Positions 29,374-37,952 of a stretch of 64,000 bases of DNA are shown here, one piece after another; position 1 is the stretch's first letter; every line of letters starts with the position of its first letter. The notes beneath the pieces are model-generated. The model saw nothing but the letters and a program-made list of their open reading frames with translations, ran no database searches and was not told where the DNA came from. Source of the DNA: Promethearchaeota archaeon (GTDB lineage: Archaea; Asgardarchaeota; Thorarchaeia; Thorarchaeales; Thorarchaeaceae); NCBI GenBank assembly GCA_048939765.1, contig JBHLPF010000017.1:10742-74741 (forward strand), read 5' to 3'. The position numbers and the translations under genes are program-made.

Positions 29374-29733
29374 CTATTCGCTTATCTCATCAGTCGGTGG
29401 CCTTTTTCTCAATTCTGAAATGGATGGAAGGGACTCATCGTCTTCAATGATCTCGAACCGTCCAGAGTGTCCAAGCGAGAGCTGCATCTTGCCCTGCCAT
29501 TCTTTGGCCCAGCCGTCTGTGATCTTGATGACCAATCCAGCAGAAAGTGCGGCGCCTTGACCAAAACCCCATAGACTCAGAATAGTGGTTCCGGTATGGT
29601 CAGCTACAAGGACCTCAGTGAGCTGTGTCTTGCGGCCTCCTCGAGCTCGAACAATTCGGGGGGGCGCAACTGAAACTACTCTTACAATTAGGTCAGATAC
29701 ATTCTTTCCTATTTCGACTTCATTCAGCTTCAA
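29374..29733 (-). CDS. Single OB-fold ssDNA-binding (SSB/RPA-like) protein
   Basis: LVADHTGTTILSLWG, IKITDGWAKEWQGKMQLSLG; TTG start after GAGGT. Confidence 0.85.
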   Translation of the reverse strand: MKLNEVEIGKNVSDLIVRVVSVAPPRIVRARGGRKTQLTEVLVADHTGTTILSLWGFGQGAALSAGLVIKITDGWAKEWQGKMQLSLGHSGRFEIIEDDESLPSISELRKRPPTDEISE

Positions 29734-29824
29734 ATGATTACCTCGCAGTGACTGCGTTTCCTCGAACGTGTACACAATGGGTATACGGTCTCAGATGAGT
29801 CTTACGTGCAATTCAGAAATGAGT

Positions 29825-31579
29825 CTATGGATTCTCGTCACTTGACTCGTCTTCTGTTTTGTCGTCGGAAGAAGTACCTAGAATCGAATCTATCTCGAAA
29901 ATTGCGTCCAAGTCCACTGAAGCTATGTCGGCAGAGGCCTTTTCTTTTCTGGATGGTTCGAATACATCAAGAATCAAATCTAATTCTTTCTTCAAATCAT
30001 CATCCAGTTCTTTATCGACTTCCTCTTCTTCTCCGTTTACCGGGAGAACTTCGTCGTGGGAGAATGCTTCTAATGCGGTTTCAAGATCTTCTTTCGATAC
30101 CTTCTCAATCTCAGCACTGATGATTTCATCAGCTTCCAAAGCCTCAAAGATGAGATCAATAGCCATTTGGCGCCCATTGTCCTCAACAACCATTTCCTCT
30201 GCTGGCGACTCCTCAGGAACAAACTCAATGTTCACTTGATCTCCCGCATGTGAGATTGGCTCAGCCTCGACTTCCACTATTCCCAGTTCTTCTTCAGATG
30301 GCTCAGAGGCTTCTCCAGGAATCTCTTCGTCCACAGCAACTTCAGCTGTGACGTCCTCAACCATTTCCACGTCAGGGACTTCGTGAAGCTCCATTGCGAG
30401 TTCATCCTCAAATAGCTCTTCGGCTTCTGCTTCTTCCTCTTCCGCAGCTTCATCTTGTGCGGCTTCAATTGCCTCTGTTTCTTCAGGCTCAGTCTCCTGT
30501 GGCGCCGCTTCATCAATCTCCTCAACAACTTCTTCGATTACCTCGTATTCCTCTGCGTCCTCTATTATATGACCATCCTCGTCGACGAGAATCTCCTCAA
30601 CTACCTCAACTTCTTCGTAGTCCTCATCCTCTTCGTGCAAACGCGCAGCCCTGGCCTCCACTTCTGCGATGGCATCCTCAGTTGCTTCATCTGCAAATCT
30701 CAGCAGTTGTCTAGCAGGTAGGTCTGGTAAGGCAACACCAACATATGTTGCAGCAGCGTTCATCAGAATCCGTAGCATCTCATCCCGTCTGCTCTTATCT
30801 ATCGCCACCATTGGATAGGTGGGAACTCCGAGGATTTTCTGTACAACTTCAGGTTTCATCACATTGGGCTTGTCCTGCTTATTCGCGATTGCAAACAAAG
30901 GCACCTTAGGAGCATCCCTTCTAATCAGTTTGAGAATATCCTTGCTGATAATAACATTACGAAGGGAAGAGTCGCATACCAAGAATATGACGTCCGCACC
31001 GTGGAAGTAGAAGCGCCATAGTTTTCTGAAACGTTCCTGGCCTGCAAAGTCCCACAAGACCAGGGAGTAGTTCCCGAAACGGATATTCTCCACTGTTTCA
31101 AGATTTAGAGCGATTGTTGGTACATACTGGGTTGGTGGTGTGTCTCCTAGAAGCAAGTGCAGAGTAGTTGTCTTTCCAACACCGCCCTCACCAACTAGAG
31201 CTATTTTGAGTTTAGTTATGATTGATGATTCAATAATGAATTCGTACTCATTTATCATTGTCTGTAGTCCGGACTGGAGTATTCGGTTCTTGATGGCTAT
31301 CGCTCCATCTCGCAGCTTATCTGTGATTGCTCGTTCATCCTCATGCGCATCTGTCACATAGACCAGCAAGAGGTCTTCGACTACTTCGGTCGCCATGTAC
31401 TTGTCTTCATCAATGACAAGTGGTAGCTCGGTGAAACTATCGGGAGAAGATTCCTGAATCTCACTCCTCGTTCCTAGAAACTCACGAATCTCGCTTTCTG
31501 GAACATCTATTGGCCAATACTTCGAGCTCGCAAGAATTTGGCTTGTGGATATGCGTATCAGGTAGGTCTTGATGATCAA
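29825..31579 (-). CDS. Arf-like GTPase with an N-terminal longin-like domain and a ~290-aa acidic tail
   Basis: GEGGVGKTT, YVPTI, WDFAGQERFRKLWRFYF, ANKQD; Glu/Asp-rich C-terminal half. Confidence 0.85.
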   Translation of the reverse strand: MIIKTYLIRISTSQILASSKYWPIDVPESEIREFLGTRSEIQESSPDSFTELPLVIDEDKYMATEVVEDLLLVYVTDAHEDERAITDKLRDGAIAIKNRILQSGLQTMINEYEFIIESSIITKLKIALVGEGGVGKTTTLHLLLGDTPPTQYVPTIALNLETVENIRFGNYSLVLWDFAGQERFRKLWRFYFHGADVIFLVCDSSLRNVIISKDILKLIRRDAPKVPLFAIANKQDKPNVMKPEVVQKILGVPTYPMVAIDKSRRDEMLRILMNAAATYVGVALPDLPARQLLRFADEATEDAIAEVEARAARLHEEDEDYEEVEVVEEILVDEDGHIIEDAEEYEVIEEVVEEIDEAAPQETEPEETEAIEAAQDEAAEEEEAEAEELFEDELAMELHEVPDVEMVEDVTAEVAVDEEIPGEASEPSEEELGIVEVEAEPISHAGDQVNIEFVPEESPAEEMVVEDNGRQMAIDLIFEALEADEIISAEIEKVSKEDLETALEAFSHDEVLPVNGEEEEVDKELDDDLKKELDLILDVFEPSRKEKASADIASVDLDAIFEIDSILGTSSDDKTEDESSDENP

Positions 31580-31730
31580 TTAGGTTTCACCATCTAATTG
31601 GCAAATCATGGTTTATTTCCGATACTAAGATTAGCTTCGAATGCTATTTTAAAGCATTCACGGTCAACCCTTCGTATTTGGCATTATGTTGCCTTATACA
31701 GAATTCTAACGTGGCAGAAACAGATAGACT

Positions 31731-31980
31731 GTGTTGGGACGCAGAGGCTCGCCAGGCGACCCTCCGCATCCGTCGGGCCTTCAGGCTGAACGCAGCGAAA
31801 ATTCTCTTTGCGCAAGTATTGTTTGCAAGGGGATTCATCCTCTTGAAGCGCATGCTCCAAGAGTCCAATGCTAGAACTCGTAAGGGACCGTGTGTTGTGA
31901 ATGCGAGTTCTTTTGACGGGGAAGTCGTGCGTTCCGCGACAAAGGCAGCCCACACCATACGGTGCGGACCAACCGACACC
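31731..31980. ncRNA. Candidate ~250-nt multi-helix structured element, strand unresolved
   Basis: GC-rich island in a 545-nt intergenic gap with at least six helices, e.g. GGATGCGGAGG/CCTCTGCGTCC, GAACTCG/CGAGTTC, CCGCACC/GGTGTGG, and ends GTGTTGG/CCGACAC. Confidence 0.5.
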
Positions 31981-32124
31981 TTGATGCTGTAACATAAGAA
32001 GCTTTCTGGTTTCCGAAATAACGAATAGACGGTTCATGAACGGATAGTGGCCCCAAAAAAGGGTGTTTGACAGACCAGCATTTGCTGAGGGGTATAGAAC
32101 ATGAAGTGGATTACGAAACTCCGC

Positions 32125-33264
32125 CTATCGTGGAAAGTTGTCCCTCAGAAGTCGCAGATGGTGATGAACCATCTCCATCGCCCTTGGATCATCAGGAGTC
32201 TTCTCCAGATCAGTGACCAATGTCTGGAGGAAGTACTCAGGGAAGAAGAGCCTTACACGAATATCGTTGAGAAGGAACAGCCATTTGTCATATTCACCGG
32301 ATGCTCCCTTTCTTCTTCGTTCCGAAACCACTCGATACTTCTTCAAGGTTTGAATAGCCTGCTTTAGTTCCTTGGGAGGAATGCCAAGGGTGGCTTCGAG
32401 CTCGGAGATGTTTACGGGTCTACGCCTGAGCTCATTCAGAGTGTCGTAGCAGTCTGGATCTGCAAGAATAGATGCTACGGATACGGTATCCTCAGGTGTC
32501 TTTTGCCATTCTGTAAGGAACTCAAGGACCTCTGACTTGTACTCCGCAGTGAGTTCGGGATCAAGCACAGATCCTGCAGATTCCATTGCCAGCAACGGAG
32601 GAGCGCGAAACACCTCAAGATCCTTTATCATGAATACACAGGTTCGGCCGATTTCATCGACCCATTCACTCTTTACAAGACCTAGCTCTTCGAATGGAGC
32701 GATGATTGAATCGACCGAAACGCTAGGTAGACCGGTAACCATCTTGAGCCATTCCTCAAGATCCTCTTTGGAGATGCCTCCCTTCCAGAGTTTTGGGAAG
32801 ACCGCTCGTGAAATCTCATCCGAAAAGAGACGGGCAAGTCGTGACTCATCAGTCATGCCAGCCAGTCGAATAATCCGTCTGTATGTGTTGTCGAGCTCTG
32901 TCTTGAGCTCTGCATCAGTCATCGCAACAACAGCATTCGTTAGCGGGGATACAATTGAAGTAATTGCAGCCTCGTAGACCTTAGGATCTTCAGAGGGGGT
33001 CAGTAGCAAACTGATACAGTATTGCTCCTCCTCTCTTACAATCCCAGTATAGTAGGAGGCTACATTGTATTCTTCTCCTCCAATGCGAACACTGAGGGAT
33101 GAGAAACCAGCTGTGGCGTCACCCATAGCGTGCGAGGTGAATATTCTCATGATCTCGGTGTTCAAGTCTTCTCGGTAATAGTCCGCGAAGTCGGCTGGAA
33201 CCTTGGCCTTCAGCACTGCGCCAATTTTACTGTCCCAGTCGATCAAGAGCATGGCAACGGGCAT
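32125..33264 (-). CDS. Longin/uDENN-like protein with winged-helix domains (NPRL2-like architecture)
   Basis: N-terminal MLLIDWDSKIGAVLKAKVP pattern; YCISLLL strand; C-terminal wHTH (ISELEATLGIPPKELKQAIQTLKKY). Confidence 0.6.
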   Translation of the reverse strand: MPVAMLLIDWDSKIGAVLKAKVPADFADYYREDLNTEIMRIFTSHAMGDATAGFSSLSVRIGGEEYNVASYYTGIVREEEQYCISLLLTPSEDPKVYEAAITSIVSPLTNAVVAMTDAELKTELDNTYRRIIRLAGMTDESRLARLFSDEISRAVFPKLWKGGISKEDLEEWLKMVTGLPSVSVDSIIAPFEELGLVKSEWVDEIGRTCVFMIKDLEVFRAPPLLAMESAGSVLDPELTAEYKSEVLEFLTEWQKTPEDTVSVASILADPDCYDTLNELRRRPVNISELEATLGIPPKELKQAIQTLKKYRVVSERRRKGASGEYDKWLFLLNDIRVRLFFPEYFLQTLVTDLEKTPDDPRAMEMVHHHLRLLRDNFPR

Positions 33265-33399
33265 CTTTCTATCTCCGGTCCCTGTATAGACTGGTCTATA
33301 GGAGCTAGTCTGAGACGTTCAACGGTGAGTGCCTAAAAAAGCTTGTCACTAGATGCTCCGCATAACCCTATGGGGCTCCCTTTTGGAGCCATTTGGACC

Positions 33400-34062
33400 T
33401 CAAGTTTGACCATTTTTCTGCTTCTGGATGTACTCCGTGATATGATAATGTACCTCGGCAGTCACAAGCTCTATTGATCTCCTTGCATCAATGAAGACGA
33501 AATTGCCTATGTCCTCCTCAGTCATCTCAAGGTATGCCCGTCGAACCCTGACCAAACGATCATATTGCTCAAACTGCGCATTGAGGCTGCCTTTTCTTTC
33601 GCTGACTCTTTTCAGGCCCATTTCAACTGGCACATCAAGAATAAACACGATGTCAGGCTCTGGGGCGGATATCTCCTCTCGATTCCGCCTCAAGATGTCC
33701 TTCCAATGCAATCCAGTGCTTGCAGACTGATATGCTCCAGTTGCAAAGAAATACCGGTCCATGAGGATAATCTTCCCTGATTCTAGAGCTGGTAGAATAC
33801 GATTTTGGACGTGCCATTCTCTGTCACGAATAAACAACTCCAGCTCTTCTTCCGGGGTGAGTTCACCCTTTAGAGACCGTGCCCGAATCTCTTGACCCCA
33901 ATCACTCTCATCTGTTGGCTCTCTAAGCCTCTTGACATCATAGCCTTCATCAATCATAGCATCAATTAGTCGGTCGCATACGGCCGTTTTTCCAGCACCA
34001 TCCACGCCCTCTAGGACAAAAAGCATACCTTTCACAGTTGAGATTACTCCTATGTCATGCAT
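33400..34062 (-). CDS. tmk: Thymidylate kinase
   Basis: LEGVDGAGKT, REPT, MDRY, AYQ, PDIVFILDV. Confidence 0.95.
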   Translation of the reverse strand: MHDIGVISTVKGMLFVLEGVDGAGKTAVCDRLIDAMIDEGYDVKRLREPTDESDWGQEIRARSLKGELTPEEELELFIRDREWHVQNRILPALESGKIILMDRYFFATGAYQSASTGLHWKDILRRNREEISAPEPDIVFILDVPVEMGLKRVSERKGSLNAQFEQYDRLVRVRRAYLEMTEEDIGNFVFIDARRSIELVTAEVHYHITEYIQKQKNGQT

Positions 34063-34190
34063 TGAATTCCCGGACTCGCTCCTGTATTAGATGCTTCGGT
34101 GATGTAATATGTCCGGATAGCACCATCTACTCACCCATGAGTAGCTTCCTATCGCCATACAATGTTTATTAGGAACATGAATCAGTATTC

Positions 34191-34400
34191 ATGTGAGAAC
34201 CAAGGGGATCTCAAGGTATTCTCTCGACGTGGACACTCGAGGTGAGAAATCGGTAGGGCATCCCCCTCCCATGTAACAAACTGCGATAGCGACTTGCGTC
34301 CAACCGCGTTCGTTCGTTCTTTGGGTCCCCTTTATAGGGGGGCCAAGGTCCCCTTGCAGAGTTCTCATGCCCCCGATTCGCTATGTCGTGTGTCCACGAC
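34191..34400 (+). ncRNA. Candidate ~210-nt riboswitch-like or independent structured RNA
   Basis: P1 UGAGAAC/GUUCUCA plus CAAGGGGAUC/GGUCCCCUUG, two inner hairpins, and a 3' tail complementary to three internal segments; TTTATTA about 25 nt upstream; G-U pairs favour the plus strand. Confidence 0.6.
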
Positions 34401-34450
34401 CCAATTCAAATCAAAGGTCAAATCAGGAATGTTTATTTGTCAACAACTTG

Positions 34451-34472
34451 TAGGATAGGTTAACCTATCCTA
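34451..34472. promoter_or_regulatory. Perfect 22-bp palindrome, candidate operator
   Basis: TAGGATAGGTTAACCTATCCTA, between a TATA-like TTTATTT (~34432) and the start of the DUF4430-like gene. Confidence 0.6.
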
Positions 34473-34480
34473 GGGATTGA

Positions 34481-35005
34481 GTGGGCTTGAACCGTCTGAG
34501 AATATTGATGCTTGTCATTGTATTAATGGTGATTCCTGTAGGCGCTTCGAGCCACAATGTTGCCATTTCGCACTATCTTGGACCAAATGCTAGTGGCGTA
34601 TCGCTGCATATCGACTACGGTAATGGGACCACATCTACCCATACCGAGGTTGAAGGGCTGACTGTTCTAGACATCACTGAATCCGTGGCAATAGTTCAAG
34701 TGGACTGGACTGGCGATCTTGCCTTTGTATATTCAATCAATGGAGTGTCCAGTAAGGAAGAAACAGGACTCTGGTGGCAGTTTTGGGTCAACGGTGAATT
34801 CTCTTCAGTCGCAGCTAACCTCTATGAGGTTCAGGAGAACGATACGATAATCTGGAGATTCACTGACTCCCAAGTGGAACCTCCATCGACCACAACGCCT
34901 GAGAACCCTGGACGGTATGCACCACTTGCTGTTGCGTCTGTTGGACTTGGATCTCTGGGAGTAGGTTTCTTGGCAGCCCTCTACCTAATGAGAAGGAGGA
35001 ACTGA
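34481..35005 (+). CDS. DUF4430 (transcobalamin C-terminal-like) membrane-anchored protein
   Basis: Signal peptide; FVYSINGV, WWQFWVNGE, DTIIWRF; C-terminal TM plus RRRN. Confidence 0.8.
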   Translation: MGLNRLRILMLVIVLMVIPVGASSHNVAISHYLGPNASGVSLHIDYGNGTTSTHTEVEGLTVLDITESVAIVQVDWTGDLAFVYSINGVSSKEETGLWWQFWVNGEFSSVAANLYEVQENDTIIWRFTDSQVEPPSTTTPENPGRYAPLAVASVGLGSLGVGFLAALYLMRRRN

Positions 35006-35013
35006 TAACAGAT

Positions 35014-35760
35014 ATGAAGAAACAAGCCAGTCCATTCTTTCTTATTGTGCTTTTCCTCATCGCGCCAGCTACAGGAACTCCAACGGATTACAATCCGAAT
35101 CTTATGCCAAGGGATTCCGTCCCCACTAGAATAACTTGGAATGTAATAGAGGCTCCTGAAGCAGCATTTTCCTTATGGTTCTCAGGGACAGGGAATTGGC
35201 TGGCTCAGGAAGGCAGTCAAATGACATTCAATATTACCGGTATCAATAGCGACGTAGAGGGGCAATTGGAACTTGGTAATGTCACCTTGACATCAAATGA
35301 TACAAACATAGCCAAGGATCTAACGCTGGGGGTGTGGGGCCTCACTCCCTGGCATCCAGGCCTAGTAGTGAAAATTGGAGATATCAACCTTGAGAGTCTG
35401 AACCAGACTGCATTCGCTGCTGCCGAGAGAGTTGCAGGCAACTATCTAAATGGTACAATGGAGTCATCCTTTGAACCTGTGGAATCTAATGGAAGACTGT
35501 ATGATTGTATTGTCTTTCAATATGAACAGGATCCTACAGGCTTTGGAGAACCGCAAATGACCACTCTTGCTTATGATACTGAAACGGGAGTTCTTGTAAA
35601 AGCCAACACGAGCTACTCATTTGGTGTTCCCTATATCCTGATTCTTGGGCTCGAAGGAATTCATATTCCCGGAGTGGACCCAATCCTTGTCTGGGCAGGA
35701 TTCGCGATTGCTGGAGTGGTGCTAATCATAGTTACTGTTGTCATTAGAACCAGAAGATAG
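35014..35760 (+). CDS. Secreted membrane-anchored hypothetical protein
   Basis: Signal peptide, beta-rich body with YDTETGVLV, C-terminal TM plus RTRR. Confidence 0.75.
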   Translation: MKKQASPFFLIVLFLIAPATGTPTDYNPNLMPRDSVPTRITWNVIEAPEAAFSLWFSGTGNWLAQEGSQMTFNITGINSDVEGQLELGNVTLTSNDTNIAKDLTLGVWGLTPWHPGLVVKIGDINLESLNQTAFAAAERVAGNYLNGTMESSFEPVESNGRLYDCIVFQYEQDPTGFGEPQMTTLAYDTETGVLVKANTSYSFGVPYILILGLEGIHIPGVDPILVWAGFAIAGVVLIIVTVVIRTRR

Positions 35761-35771
35761 AATGGAGTTGC

Positions 35772-36377
35772 ATGGAATTGCAGATGGAGATCAATCAGCA
35801 GGCGTCGATAGCACGAAGCCGCCAAGTCGCCATAACTGCAATCATGACTGCTCTCGCACTGGTGGGCAACTATGTCTTTGTTGCTATACCCAATGTAGAA
35901 CTAGGTTCCGGGATTCTCTTTGTGACGGCGTACCTATTTGGATTCCAGACTGGCGCTTCATGTGCAGTGCTGATGGCCATCATTTTTGGCTCAATAAACC
36001 CTTGGGGAGGCCTTGTACCACAAATCTGGCTAACACAAGTCATAGGATGGTTATACATTACTGCTGCAGGTGCTCTAATGGGGAGAGATAGGCATGGATT
36101 TAGTCACTCTATGAGAGATGTATGGATACTTGGATTCATGGGAGCATTCCTGACATTCTTCTTTGATATGCTCACGAATCTTGGCTATTCATGGGCGTTT
36201 GGAATACCGTATTGGCTTGCTATTGTTTCAGGATTTCCCTTCATGGTCGTTCATATAGTATCAAATGCCATAATCTTTGGAGCTGTGGCGCCCCGACTGG
36301 ACATAATAATCCGGAGCCAATTCTCGTCACAAATATGGAGTACTGAAACAGAAATATTGGGGCTGAGCGAAGAGTAA
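35772..36377 (+). CDS. ECF transporter S component (CbrT-like)
   Basis: IMTALAL, IPNVE, about six TMs, GFPFMVVHIVSNAIIF. Confidence 0.82.
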   Translation: MELQMEINQQASIARSRQVAITAIMTALALVGNYVFVAIPNVELGSGILFVTAYLFGFQTGASCAVLMAIIFGSINPWGGLVPQIWLTQVIGWLYITAAGALMGRDRHGFSHSMRDVWILGFMGAFLTFFFDMLTNLGYSWAFGIPYWLAIVSGFPFMVVHIVSNAIIFGAVAPRLDIIIRSQFSSQIWSTETEILGLSEE

Positions 36378-36400
36378 AAAGTGAGCCTGGATAGAAGAGT

Positions 36401-37048
36401 TTGGAGCGTCCTAGCGTGTCTTGGAAAGAGAAATTCATTCAGCTTGTAGGGGCAGCAGATGGCAGAGTGGCTCCTGCATTCGGACCTCATCATGCAGCAG
36501 TGGCTTTGGTGATGATTGGACGTGAACAGCCACTCGGCAGATATGAGCTCTGCCAGAATCTTTCTGTGGGAGAAGGAAGTGCGCGTACTCTTTTGAAGCG
36601 TCTAACAGAGTCTGGGTATATTTCTCCGGAAGGAAAGCAGGGGCAGAGGCTGACTGATAGAGGACAGGAGCTGTTTGAGGAGGTTTCTAAGGAAGTCCCT
36701 ATAGGCCTATTTCTTGATGCACCAGCTCTTGTCATGCATAAGAATGCATATGCAAATCTCATCAGAAACAAGGGCGATGACGTGAAGGACGGGATTAGGC
36801 AAAGAGATGAAGCTATCATTCAAGGAGGAGGATATGATAGTGCAGGAGCTACTACTCTGATTATGAGAAATGGCTCTATTGTCATGCCGCCAGATGACTT
36901 TCATACACTCATTGAGTATGAGAGAGAGACTCTTCTAATTCTTGAGAGCTTAAGACCTGAAGAAAATGATGTCATTATCATTGGGTCAGCAGACGACCCC
37001 AATCTCGCGCGCGAAGTTGCAATGGCAGCTGTTATGACGCTTTTCTGA
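36401..37048 (+). CDS. Winged-helix protein (DUF2111/DUF4443-like)
   Basis: PLGRYELCQNLSVGEGSARTLLKRL HTH; GIRQRDEAI...GATTL. Confidence 0.75.
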   Translation: MERPSVSWKEKFIQLVGAADGRVAPAFGPHHAAVALVMIGREQPLGRYELCQNLSVGEGSARTLLKRLTESGYISPEGKQGQRLTDRGQELFEEVSKEVPIGLFLDAPALVMHKNAYANLIRNKGDDVKDGIRQRDEAIIQGGGYDSAGATTLIMRNGSIVMPPDDFHTLIEYERETLLILESLRPEENDVIIIGSADDPNLAREVAMAAVMTLF

Positions 37049-37059
37049 GAGGAATCAAT

Positions 37060-37887
37060 ATGCAGATGGACCTGTTCGGGAATGTCCCTCAAGTTGTGAT
37101 AGATGTCCATGAAACGGGCGGAAAACGAACAAATGCAGTCAAACAACTAATGAGCATGCTTGACAAGGAAGAGATTTCCTACACTGTAGAGAAAATACCT
37201 ATTGGAGACGTTTTGGGACCTGAAGGGATTGCAATAGAGAGAAAGACAGTATCTGACCTTGTCAACACCCTAAAGGGCAGTGCAGCTGGAGTACCTCGAT
37301 TCACGAAGCAGATGGACGCACTTCTCAAGTACGACAAGCCGTATCTTCTGATTGAGAATATTCTAGCAATTCGACGCGATCCACTGAAAGGCTGTGTATA
37401 TGTGCCATTCAAGACAAAGCAGACAAAGGGACGGCCTTACGTTGTCACAATGGAGAGGGCAAATTACATTCACCCAAGCGCTCTGGATGCCCTGATTGAA
37501 AGCGTACAGGAAAAAGGAATCAAGGTAATCTCAGGGTTTAACGCCTCACATTCTGCGGGATTGCTATTCGGCATAATCACTGAGCAGACAGAGAATGAAG
37601 ACGGAAAAGGAAGAAGGCTTCCAGTAATCAGAACTCGAAAAGGGCTGGACTCAGTTGAGGATGAGCAGGAGTTCTTTGTAGCCGGATTTCCCGGCATCAA
37701 TGTCGTTCGAGCAAGAAGTTTGCTGGAGAGATTTGGGTCTCCTTTTGAGATCGTCACTCGCACTGATGAGTGGACTAAGCTACCTGGAATAGGACCAAAG
37801 ACAGTCGAGTCAGCTAAGAAATTGCTCTACTCAGATTATGTGCCACCAAAGGACAATGATGAGAAGATAGATGAGGAAGAGGGCTAG
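37060..37887 (+). CDS. ERCC4/XPF-type structure-specific nuclease (short form, with HhH2)
   Basis: IDVHE, GD, IERKTVSDL, LLIE; FPGINVVRA and LPGIGPKT HhH motifs. Confidence 0.9.
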   Translation: MQMDLFGNVPQVVIDVHETGGKRTNAVKQLMSMLDKEEISYTVEKIPIGDVLGPEGIAIERKTVSDLVNTLKGSAAGVPRFTKQMDALLKYDKPYLLIENILAIRRDPLKGCVYVPFKTKQTKGRPYVVTMERANYIHPSALDALIESVQEKGIKVISGFNASHSAGLLFGIITEQTENEDGKGRRLPVIRTRKGLDSVEDEQEFFVAGFPGINVVRARSLLERFGSPFEIVTRTDEWTKLPGIGPKTVESAKKLLYSDYVPPKDNDEKIDEEEG

Positions 37888-37952
37888 CTCGCAAGTTTTA
37901 AAAAGTGAAACTATTCTATGGCGATATAATACCTAGGAGAAGGTGCTATCTC

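Noticed and set aside
31786-31800. GAACGCAGCGAAA resembles a 5.8S rRNA motif, and GGGACGCA resembles a c-di-GMP-I riboswitch core
   Set aside because: The flanking sequence and structure of either family are absent; short matches only
31644-32056. Several overlapping 60-117 aa ORFs in the gap
   Set aside because: No motifs or clear RBS, atypical composition; better explained by a GC-rich structured element
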